DNA from: a virus
Virus record (IMG/VR): IMGVR_UViG_3300009152_000041
Span: 1,901-65,900 of that record
DNA length: 64,000 bases
Direction: 5' to 3' (one strand)
The notes beneath the pieces were generated by a model, which saw only the letters and a list, made by a program, of their open reading frames with translations, had not been told where the DNA came from and did no database searches. Below are positions 55,609 through 63,750 of the stretch, in pieces (the first letter of the stretch is position 1; every line of letters starts with the position of its first letter). The position numbers and the translations under genes are program-made.

Positions 55609-56298
55609 TTATGGTCTAATTATCTCGCTGTTTAATCCGCTAGATGATACTGCATCTTTGCTAATTAATGAACCTAGGTCGTCTGAGTTGAATCTGTTAA
55701 GATTATCCGTTGTAATCTTATACATTGGACCAATTTCACGAGCAACGTATGTCATTGTTTCTTCGATAACAATGTCATCCATCGAAGCTCCTGAACCTTC
55801 ATTTAACAGTTCAACACCATAGATTGATCTAACAGCAGCTTGGCCATATTCGTTAACAAATGTAATTGTAATGTCGAATGGTGGGATTTGGTCTGCATAG
55901 TATGGTGTCTTGCTAACTACGTCTCTTGTTTGATTTGTTACTTCAGCAATACCTCTCTTGTGGCTTGGATCGCCAGGAAGTGTATTATGAGCTCTTGTGA
56001 AAAACTTCATTTCCGAAGAAGAGTTATGATGTGTCTCAAGCATCTGGTACAGAGCTGGGCGGTCAAATACTGTGAATATTAACGAACCAGCAATACCTCT
56101 TTTACCTCTTGAAAATGAACGTGGGTTTGGTGAACCCATTGTATAAATTGGCGCCTTTTCTCTTGTCACCGAAAAAGTGATTCCCGAAAGAGCTCCGATT
56201 TCAACGCCACCAAAAGTGGCAACAATATCAGCACCAGAAAATGTTGTATAAGTATTGAGATACTTGTTTACTGGACTGTCGTAGTATTCGCCTGCCAT
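55609..56298 (-). CDS. Probable major tail tube protein, 229 aa
   Basis: FSGADIVATFGGVEIGALSGITFSVTREKAPIYTMGSPNPRSFSRGKRGIAGSLIFTVFDRPALY...PPFDITITFVNEYG...MDDIVIEETMTYVAR; adjacent to the sheath gene and followed by a hairpin. Confidence 0.65.
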   Translation of the reverse strand: MAGEYYDSPVNKYLNTYTTFSGADIVATFGGVEIGALSGITFSVTREKAPIYTMGSPNPRSFSRGKRGIAGSLIFTVFDRPALYQMLETHHNSSSEMKFFTRAHNTLPGDPSHKRGIAEVTNQTRDVVSKTPYYADQIPPFDITITFVNEYGQAAVRSIYGVELLNEGSGASMDDIVIEETMTYVAREIGPMYKITTDNLNRFNSDDLGSLISKDAVSSSGLNSEIIRP

Positions 56299-56345
56299 AT
56301 TACCCTCCTAATCGGTATATAAATTTGCAGTGTTTTTATATGATA

Positions 56346-57611
56346 TTAACCAAGTTCAACTGACATTTGGACTTCGATGTTTCTAAGTTCAAATGCAGGT
56401 GTTATAACTAGGTCAATAAGTGCTTTGTTTTCTTCAGCGATGTATCTAATGTTGAAATCGCTATCTAAGATGGCACCCAACTGCTGCATTCCTCTAAGGG
56501 ATGAAGTAATCGAGGTTTCCATTGAGTTTCTAACTTGAATAGTTGAAGGTTGACCAATGAATTTCTGACAGCTCTGACGGACAACTAACATTGATTCGTT
56601 AACAATTCTCAGTGTTGTCAGTCTTGTGTAGTCTGAACTAGAACCAGCAAATGTTACACCATCTGTGAAGATTGGAGCTCTATTGAAGTTTAACATGATT
56701 GAGTTTACACCCTTATTGGTCATTGCCAACAAGGTTGTTTTGCTAGGATTGTATCTTAGCGCTGCAACGTTGTAAACTGTCTTGTTTATGGTTGAAGTGT
56801 ATGAAGCCATTCTGCTAACTGCAGCAGTTAATACAGCTGCACCGTTTGAATAACCCCATGTCTCTGGATAACCTGCAGGCTTTAGCTCTGCGCCAATTAC
56901 CACAACATGTCTTCCAAGTTCCTTAGCGGCAACTCCATTATATGTTGTTGCTGAATCTCTGTCTGAAAGAGTTGTTAAGCCGAGATGTGTTGCTACTTGT
57001 CCAGGAGTCATTACGTCGTTAGCGCCGACATATGGCTTTGTTCCCATAACAGCAAAACATGGATGACTGTTCTCGTTGATTGCTTTAACTTTATCAGCAA
57101 TTTTTACTGCCCAGTTATTTCCAATCGTTACTGAGTTGTCTGCATAAAATCCGTAAATTGTATCGGCAGATGCGGAAAAAGCTTCAGAAGGAGTTGCAGA
57201 CCAGAGTCCTGCTCTTGCACCACTTCCCCAAGGAAGTATAATATCTGGCTGAGCAGCTTCTGCTGCAATGAACATTGCATCAAGAACGCTACCACCAAAA
57301 TTGGTACTTGTTACCGCAGCCGTAGTGTGGTTCCATGTAGTATCACTTGGCAATGGGACCATGTAGATTCTTTCTGCGCCTGCAGAAACAAGCTCAAAAA
57401 AAGCTCTGTGACAAGCTGAATTAATGCCAAAAGCAGTTATGACATCTTGTTCATTTGTGCACTGAACTACGTCAAGGTCTGCAACGTTGCCGGTTCCATC
57501 TGCTGTTGATCTTTTTGCTATTACCACAACTCTAGGTCCGACTGGACTATCTTGACGGGAGATGCTGTAGAAGCGGTCTTTAATTATTGTTTTTACACCT
57601 GGTAGAGCCAT
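56346..57611 (-). CDS. Tail sheath protein, 421 aa
   Basis: MALPGVKTIIKDRF...VGPRVVVIAKRSTADG..., FELVSAGAERIYMVPLP, and LRIVNESMLVVRQSCQKFIGQPSTIQVRNSMETSITSSLRGMQQLGAIL C-terminal pattern. Confidence 0.8.
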   Translation of the reverse strand: MALPGVKTIIKDRFYSISRQDSPVGPRVVVIAKRSTADGTGNVADLDVVQCTNEQDVITAFGINSACHRAFFELVSAGAERIYMVPLPSDTTWNHTTAAVTSTNFGGSVLDAMFIAAEAAQPDIILPWGSGARAGLWSATPSEAFSASADTIYGFYADNSVTIGNNWAVKIADKVKAINENSHPCFAVMGTKPYVGANDVMTPGQVATHLGLTTLSDRDSATTYNGVAAKELGRHVVVIGAELKPAGYPETWGYSNGAAVLTAAVSRMASYTSTINKTVYNVAALRYNPSKTTLLAMTNKGVNSIMLNFNRAPIFTDGVTFAGSSSDYTRLTTLRIVNESMLVVRQSCQKFIGQPSTIQVRNSMETSITSSLRGMQQLGAILDSDFNIRYIAEENKALIDLVITPAFELRNIEVQMSVELG

Positions 57612-57713
57612 GTTATTCTTAACCTCCGAGTCAGCGATTTATTGGATTAACTCGAAAGATATAGTAATGGGGTACCTGTAAAAACTAACTAGATTTACGT
57701 ATCCTACTAAATA

Positions 57714-58526
57714 TTATGAGTTTGGGGTAGCACTTTGAAATAAGTCTACAATACCTAGGTTCATATCTGGATTGTAATACGAAGAAGGAGTCGCAGCTGC
57801 TTGATCAACTAGCTGCTTTTCATAGGAAACCCATTGGCGTATATCGGCCACAATTGACTCAATCTTATCAACTGCTGATACATGTATTTTTTCGGTTGTT
57901 AACAAATATGTAACCGCTCTTTTAACTACATCAGTTTGGTCCATGTTTGTTTCGGTATCTGAAAACCTTCTAGCGTATACGAGTTCTGATGCCCCTAGTC
58001 TCTTAAAGACTGGAGTATATTCAAGCATAAAATCTTCAAATATTTCCATAATTCTATCGGCTACTTCTGCGCCAGCATATCGTTGTTGATCGCCTGACAA
58101 TTGGCCAGCATTGGCTTCAACCATAACAGTAAAGGAAACAATGTTCTGAAAACGCTGACCTTCTATAATGTAATACTTACCGTCATCACCTAAGGCTTTA
58201 TCCCTATATCTCATTTTAGGTTCTTGACTATGAGCCCTCTTTAGCTCAAGGCCGTAAGCTATGCAAGGATAGGATGCAAACTTGCCTCCAAATGTTGCTA
58301 AAATTGGTATATCTGGATATGAATTCTCCCAGAGCATTTTGACAACCTCTATGAAGCCTAGGTAAGTTAAATTTCCTTCAGCCTTTAATCTTCTTGAATC
58401 ACTATCGTTATAGTATTTGGGATCCTGCTCTCGCAGTCTATCTCTGCTTTCTGTATAGCTTTCCCACTTACTACTTTGTGCTGCGTCAGCATTAAAGCTA
58501 TCTGGGAATGGAAATGAAGACTGCAT
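57714..58526 (-). CDS. Neck/tail-completion-region protein, 270 aa
   Basis: Intact ORF between two sheath-like genes. Confidence 0.5.
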   Translation of the reverse strand: MQSSFPFPDSFNADAAQSSKWESYTESRDRLREQDPKYYNDSDSRRLKAEGNLTYLGFIEVVKMLWENSYPDIPILATFGGKFASYPCIAYGLELKRAHSQEPKMRYRDKALGDDGKYYIIEGQRFQNIVSFTVMVEANAGQLSGDQQRYAGAEVADRIMEIFEDFMLEYTPVFKRLGASELVYARRFSDTETNMDQTDVVKRAVTYLLTTEKIHVSAVDKIESIVADIRQWVSYEKQLVDQAAATPSSYYNPDMNLGIVDLFQSATPNS

Positions 58527-58527
58527 G

Positions 58528-60612
58528 CTATGCTCCTGGTCCTGTCATTATAGAAAAGTTAATATTTTTTAGACCAAGAGAAGAAACTAAATTTATTTCA
58601 AAAATTAAAGTTCCTCTTTCTGTTTTAGATCCATATGATTGAAGATTGTAATCTTTAATAGTTCTAGTCGATACCAACATGTCAAGCATAGCTTTGACTT
58701 GTGAAATTACTTTATCTTCAGCGTTCTTTCCTATGCCATCATTTGCTATAGCTTTTATTTCAGTTATAACCATAGCTACTAATCTCATTTGCGGAGCTTT
58801 TGTAAAAGAACTATTTTTATTAGCTAATGTATAATCATTAGATATATTTACTTCGTATGGATTGCCTCTTAGCGCTTTACGTGTTCTATACACAACATTT
58901 ACACCAAGGTTATCCAACCTAGCTAATGAATCTCCAGATAAATTAGAACCATAAACAGAATATGCTCCTGGTATTCTTTTTCTAATTATCCCATTATAGA
59001 CTGGAGTTGACGACATCATTCCAGCAAATGCTGCTGCTGCTGAACTCGTATATGATCTTCCAAAACCTATATGATTGAAAGTTAGTTCTCCGTATACAGG
59101 AATAATATATCTACCTATATCACTTTCTATTTCTCCACTTATTGAGTAAGTGGTAAATTTATTTACAAGTCTAGTATTTTGTTCTAGAAGTTGAACATCA
59201 CTGTCTTTTGTTCCATTATTTTTAGAACCAATAATTCCCATTTGCACATATCCGGTAGCATTATTGAAAGAATAACAATGAACAGCTAGTTGAGCTATGA
59301 AGTCAACAGACCCAGTATTTATCATTGAAGTTTCAAGTGGCACTATTATATCAATAAAGTCAAGCCCTTTTGCTATATCATAACTTACTGCTAGTCTTTC
59401 ATAATATTTTTCATAAAAGTTTACATTAGAATTTGTTTCAGCTGAAAAAAGTATTGGCATGTCGATAAGTCTTTGAGAAATATCTTCGATGTATTCTGAC
59501 ATTGGCGCAGAAGCCATCATGAATATGGACTTTGCTCCGCAACTAAACGCATCGTGAATTCCTCTTAAAAGGGGAGAAGAAGTATTTGCACCCAATAGGT
59601 TAGTAGCTTCTTGAATTGAATTAATTTTTATAATTTGATTTAGTTCGATTCCATCGCTATGACCTATTAATAATATTGAATTAGTATTATAGTATTCTTC
59701 TAGTGAATCAAAAATTGGTCTCTTCGAAATGCTTGCACCAGTTGTTGGTCCTGTTAAATCTTTAGATACTCCAGTTGTATTAATGACAGAATATTTTCCG
59801 GTTGTAAGTTGCTCTCCATTAGATAAAGGAATATTTGTTTTAATAGAAAATTTATTATTTGCTGGTACCGAGGAGATAAAATGATTTCCGTTAAAGGCTG
59901 CACTTATTTCTGATATTGAAATTTGATCACCAGATGAAAGATTGTGATCAATATCAGTTGATAGAGTTATCACTCCATTCTCTATTTTTTTATATACTAT
60001 ATTTCCGACTCTACCAATTTGACTTCTAGAGACTTCAAAGTTATGTTCAATTACTTGAGTTCTATCATTGTACGCACATTGGATGGAGACGGTATAAGTT
60101 CCACCAAAAAGTGTATCTGGAATTTTATAATAAAAACCATACTCAGAGTCTGATGGTCTATTGTAATAAGAATTTGTCTTAAGAGCTAGCCTTGCATATG
60201 CTTTTGTGGCGTTATAGCTTGATAAGCTTGGTAAAGTAGTAGCAGCTGTCCTTGCTATTACTGATTTTGTAGTTGGTGCAGATGTGATTATGTACTCTGC
60301 GTTATATCCACCGCCAACACCATAGATGATTACGGTATCTCCAGCGGCTAACTTATGATCTACATCAAATGTAAATGTTGCCGAAATGTGACCACTCACT
60401 ATTGAACTTGGTGGTGTTATCGATATGATTCGATAACTTGTATTAATCAATGAAGTAGATGAATGGATTATTTCTCCAGTGCCACCATTCCCTCTTGATA
60501 CTGTTGCATATATATCTACTGGAGTAGCTTGATTCAAAGGGTCGTAGAACTCACCGTTTACCAAAAAGGCAAATCTAAACTTCACCAACTGACCATTGTG
60601 TACTCTTAACAT
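58528..60612 (-). CDS. Second, divergent tail sheath-like protein, 694 aa
   Basis: GCGAKSIFMM, IPGAYSVYGSNLSGDSLARLDNLGVNVVYRT, RLVAMVITEIKAIANDGIGKN...ISQVKAMLDMLVSTRTIKDYNLQ..TLIFEINLVSSLGLKNI resembles the sheath C-terminal region. Confidence 0.55.
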   Translation of the reverse strand: MLRVHNGQLVKFRFAFLVNGEFYDPLNQATPVDIYATVSRGNGGTGEIIHSSTSLINTSYRIISITPPSSIVSGHISATFTFDVDHKLAAGDTVIIYGVGGGYNAEYIITSAPTTKSVIARTAATTLPSLSSYNATKAYARLALKTNSYYNRPSDSEYGFYYKIPDTLFGGTYTVSIQCAYNDRTQVIEHNFEVSRSQIGRVGNIVYKKIENGVITLSTDIDHNLSSGDQISISEISAAFNGNHFISSVPANNKFSIKTNIPLSNGEQLTTGKYSVINTTGVSKDLTGPTTGASISKRPIFDSLEEYYNTNSILLIGHSDGIELNQIIKINSIQEATNLLGANTSSPLLRGIHDAFSCGAKSIFMMASAPMSEYIEDISQRLIDMPILFSAETNSNVNFYEKYYERLAVSYDIAKGLDFIDIIVPLETSMINTGSVDFIAQLAVHCYSFNNATGYVQMGIIGSKNNGTKDSDVQLLEQNTRLVNKFTTYSISGEIESDIGRYIIPVYGELTFNHIGFGRSYTSSAAAAFAGMMSSTPVYNGIIRKRIPGAYSVYGSNLSGDSLARLDNLGVNVVYRTRKALRGNPYEVNISNDYTLANKNSSFTKAPQMRLVAMVITEIKAIANDGIGKNAEDKVISQVKAMLDMLVSTRTIKDYNLQSYGSKTERGTLIFEINLVSSLGLKNINFSIMTGPGA

Positions 60613-60985
60613 TTAATTTTTACTTTCTCTAGTCGCACCTGCAACCCAGTAAACTACTTTTCCGCCTCTACCTCTTACCGGAGCAGAAAAGTCTACTAAA
60701 AAAATTTGTTGACCGCCTGAATAGTCTTCATATATTCTATCACCAGATTTAATACTTGCCGTATCTTGAAAATAATATACTACCTCAGAGCTAACTGTTA
60801 AGCCTTGTATGTTTTCTTCTAATATATTAGCAAATCCGTTGAGCCCCCGGATACACAGCTCTTACGGTGTATCTTTGCATCTTTTTGCTATAGGTCATAG
60901 TTTTCTGATCTAATACTTTTTGAACTAATACATTGTGACCCCAACTACGCAGTATATTGCTTAATGTGCGTTTTGGATCAATCAT
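60613..60985 (-). CDS. Previously uncalled neck-region protein, 123 aa, +1 shift at CGG (60836-60838)
   Basis: ATG 60985 with SD AAGGA: MIDPKRTLSNILRSWGHNVLVQKVLDQKTMTYSKKMQRYTVRAVYPGAQ-[CGGA]-FANILEENIQGLTVSSEVVYYFQDTASIKSGDRIYEDYSGGQQIFLVDFSAPVRGRGGKVVYWVAGATRESKN-stop. Length 373 nt = 3n+1; fills the only large gap in the operon. Confidence 0.75.
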
Positions 60986-61868
60986 ACTTCCTTATTCCTC
61001 TTTCTGGAATTGGATTCTGGTCTGGCGACTGGATATGAGTTGGTCCATATAGGTCTCTTGGAGTGTAGTAAACTGACAATCCAGTATATGGATCCATAGT
61101 TCTTCCGGCTCCAATTGTTGGAAGACTTGGTAAACCCTTTGGTTGAACTGCTTTCATTCCAACTTTTGATGTTAACATTTCTTTTCTAAGCATTGCTGCA
61201 ATTTGACACCAAGTGGTAGCGTTAGCTCTACTTAAAGTGTTTCTAGGTAAGTTTTTGTTGGTTATTGAAAGATCGCCAAGCCTTACCGAAAGCTCATCGT
61301 CTCCACCGTTTCCATAAACCCTTGTTAACTCACAACAGGTGGCTGCTCTTATGTATTCAAATGCCGTAAATGGAATGGCTGTTCCGTCTTCAGTCTCTAG
61401 TAATTTAAATATATTTTTTATCTCTATAGAATAATTGTGTATGAACTCACCTATTTCAAGAAGGGAAGCGTCAGGGAAGTAGGGGAGAAGTTGCTCCGGA
61501 TCAAGATACAATGGCTCTATATCCGCTGCAAAAGCTATTATTTCATCCTCTCTCAAGAAGACTGTTGGCCTATAGTCCTCTGTTGGAGTACTTACATATA
61601 TCTGTTGATTAACGCTAATCGTAGTATTGTTTGCTAGAATTCCATTAAAGGAAACCTTATATGTACCAGCTGTTAATGGAGTGTAGTCGTAGTAGAATTC
61701 AGAACCACTAAGCGACGTAGGGGTAACTGATATTATTAACACATTACTTGAATTTGTTATACCCATAGAAACTGATACGGGAGAAACCTCTACTTGATTA
61801 CCATTAGCATCTACGTCAATAAACTTAACCTTTAGACGCACAGTATCATTGACTAGTATATTTGCCAT
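60978..61868 (-). CDS. Head-tail connector/neck-type protein, 296 aa
   Basis: Intact ORF; N-terminal Ig-like stretch, helical C-terminal half. Confidence 0.45.
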   Translation of the reverse strand: MANILVNDTVRLKVKFIDVDANGNQVEVSPVSVSMGITNSSNVLIISVTPTSLSGSEFYYDYTPLTAGTYKVSFNGILANNTTISVNQQIYVSTPTEDYRPTVFLREDEIIAFAADIEPLYLDPEQLLPYFPDASLLEIGEFIHNYSIEIKNIFKLLETEDGTAIPFTAFEYIRAATCCELTRVYGNGGDDELSVRLGDLSITNKNLPRNTLSRANATTWCQIAAMLRKEMLTSKVGMKAVQPKGLPSLPTIGAGRTMDPYTGLSVYYTPRDLYGPTHIQSPDQNPIPERGIRKYD

Positions 61869-61890
61869 TTTTCCCTCTTTAAAAAGTAGA

Positions 61891-61898
61891 TATTTATA
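61891..61898 (-). promoter_or_regulatory. T4-like late promoter motif TATAAATA
   Basis: Minus strand CTATATAAATATC, 23 nt upstream of the ATG at 61868. Confidence 0.35.
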
Positions 61899-61927
61899 TA
61901 GTAGTACTTTAAATTGTGTTGGTGAGG

Positions 61928-62302
61928 TTATTCACTCTGATTCTGAACACTAACAAGTGTGCCAGAGTTTATATTTGTTTCACTTGCCTGGATAATCCCA
62001 GCGCCTTCTTTTTCGGCAATTTCTATTGTAATAAGAGAGCCAGAATGTATAGTTATTTCGCTAGCTTGAATAAGCGCAGCGCCTTCCTTCTGGAGGGCCT
62101 GTATCGTGATTATACCGTTTGGAGCTAGATCTATACTTACAACGCCTATTGCGGTAGCTACCGAATAGTCTTCTTTTCCACCAAAGTTAACTTTTATATC
62201 ATTTAAAATGACAGGATTTGATATTCCCTCTATTATTAATACAACGGTTCCATTATATTGAATACCAGATTGGTTATAGTCAATAATGTCATTATATAAC
62301 AT
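61928..62302 (-). CDS. Hypothetical protein with internal repeat, 124 aa
   Basis: Repeat KEGAALIQASEITIHSGSLITI / KEGAGIIQASETNINSGTLVSV. Confidence 0.5.
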   Translation of the reverse strand: MLYNDIIDYNQSGIQYNGTVVLIIEGISNPVILNDIKVNFGGKEDYSVATAIGVVSIDLAPNGIITIQALQKEGAALIQASEITIHSGSLITIEIAEKEGAGIIQASETNINSGTLVSVQNQSE

Positions 62303-62354
62303 AAATGTCCTTTAAAAAGTATTAACTATATAGTAATGATATAAAGTTAAATTA

Positions 62355-63032
62355 TTATTCGTAATAAAACTTGTTAGCCTTTAAGGCTATTGGGGGACTA
62401 TCCCTGTGCCAAACGTTGATAACCACAACCCTTCTCACCCCGGAAATTGGCGGGGTTGTATTGTGTATAACGTGACCAGCATCGAAAATAATTAACCTAT
62501 TTGGCATACAGGCTATTCTTTCTCTGAGTTCAATTGGAACAACTAGTGTATCCATATTTTCTCTCTCAAGGGCGTCTGGAGTGTCTTCTGATACAGCTTT
62601 AGGGTGAAGCTCTAAGAAGCCACCAACAACATCATTTGTTTCCGGATAGTACACACATCCAATTTTTGGCCCTCTGAAGATTTTGGTATCTGCGTATAGA
62701 AAAGTATCCTCATCTACGTGAACATCTAAGAATTGTCCTGGCTTGAAAGTCCTAGTCCAATACTCAAATCCACACAATTCCTCAATTGGAAAAGGAAGAT
62801 TATTTTCCCAAATTTCTTTAATTAATCTTTTCCTTGGTGTATTTGCCTCAGACTTATGCCAGCCATCCCAAAACATATACGGGGCAAAGCAGTCGCACAG
62901 CTCATCATGATATCCGTTTAAAACTGTTGCGATGCGCTCTTCATCGCCCATTGATTCTGGGAAGAAGTCTTTAGTATATTTAATTTCATCCAATAATATT
63001 GGATCTTTTATAAAATCATCTAAAATAATCAT
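62355..63032 (-). CDS. 2OG-Fe(II) oxygenase / prolyl hydroxylase-like, 225 aa
   Basis: HVDED...GGFLELHP...IFDAGHVIHNTTPPISGVRRVVVINVW (HxD...H...R arrangement). Confidence 0.7.
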   Translation of the reverse strand: MIILDDFIKDPILLDEIKYTKDFFPESMGDEERIATVLNGYHDELCDCFAPYMFWDGWHKSEANTPRKRLIKEIWENNLPFPIEELCGFEYWTRTFKPGQFLDVHVDEDTFLYADTKIFRGPKIGCVYYPETNDVVGGFLELHPKAVSEDTPDALERENMDTLVVPIELRERIACMPNRLIIFDAGHVIHNTTPPISGVRRVVVINVWHRDSPPIALKANKFYYE

Positions 63033-63045
63033 AATTTATATAGTA

Positions 63046-63750
63046 CTACAGTTTGACCGCATATGTAACAGCAGCACCTGTTGGATTATGGTAAACGCAG
63101 GAATTCTCTATATTTTTAAGATACTCGTGAACTTCGTAAAAATCCGTAAAAACAGACTCATCTTTATATAGAGAATCAGTTCCAGTATAGAGCATCATTA
63201 TGGTGCCATTTTTGTTTAGCATGTTATAAAATTTAACTACTAATTCAGGATCATGTAAAACGTCATGTATGCTCATGCAGATAAAATCATAGGTCCCGGC
63301 ATTACTTGACTCTATATCTTGCATTGAAATGGTATTATAATCCCAATCTTCATTATCTTTTTTTATTATTCTTTCAAATAGATTTAATTGATAATTATTA
63401 AGGAGTGTTAGCTTTGATCTTTTTTGCATTAATCTAACTAGTCCTGTATTAAATGCTGGGAGGGTCATTAAAGATGTTTTAGGATTAGCGGTTAAGAACC
63501 CAAACTCATGAGTGTTAGCCGCATAGTAGTATGCTTGATTAGTGTTCCAGAAATGAGTTTCTTGACTAAACACATCAAAATACCAAATTAAGAAATCCAT
63601 CCCTGCAGCTATTTTTCTTTTATCTAAAGATAAAGTATCTAAATAGTTTTTAACATTTTTACTTTTTTTTATTGATTCATCAATAGATTCCACATCTACA
63701 TACTTAATTAAGTTAACTAAATTATCGAAATAATCTTTTTCATACATCAT
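63046..63750 (-). CDS. Methyltransferase-like protein, 234 aa
   Basis: YDFICMSIHDVLHDPELVVKFYNMLNKNGTIMMLYTG is like the post-motif region of class I SAM methyltransferases. Confidence 0.35.
   Translation of the reverse strand: MMYEKDYFDNLVNLIKYVDVESIDESIKKSKNVKNYLDTLSLDKRKIAAGMDFLIWYFDVFSQETHFWNTNQAYYYAANTHEFGFLTANPKTSLMTLPAFNTGLVRLMQKRSKLTLLNNYQLNLFERIIKKDNEDWDYNTISMQDIESSNAGTYDFICMSIHDVLHDPELVVKFYNMLNKNGTIMMLYTGTDSLYKDESVFTDFYEVHEYLKNIENSCVYHNPTGAAVTYAVKL

Noticed and set aside
5919-60985. Ten sequencing/assembly indels as the explanation for the split genes
   Set aside because: Every break coincides with the only in-frame CGG codons. All are the same direction (+1), most have no adjacent homopolymer, and two genes have two breaks each. 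Read-level verification is still required, especially at 20729-20736.
5919-60985. Simple reassignment or avoidance of CGG through low GC content
   Set aside because: Avoidance explains rarity but not why each remaining in-frame CGG is followed by a +1 change of coding frame; a triplet reassignment would not restore the frame.
5919-60985. Classical RF2/antizyme-like +1 slippage at stop codons
   Set aside because: 0-frame stops lie 1 to about 42 codons after the CGG and differ (TAA, TAG, TGA). The only shared element is CGG, and the preceding codons are all different.
44-63171. Plus-strand ORFs of 60-188 aa (e.g. 45046..45612, 9187..9492, 40089..40418)
   Set aside because: All lie antisense to long, tightly packed minus-strand genes with no SD or recognisable domain; shadow ORFs.
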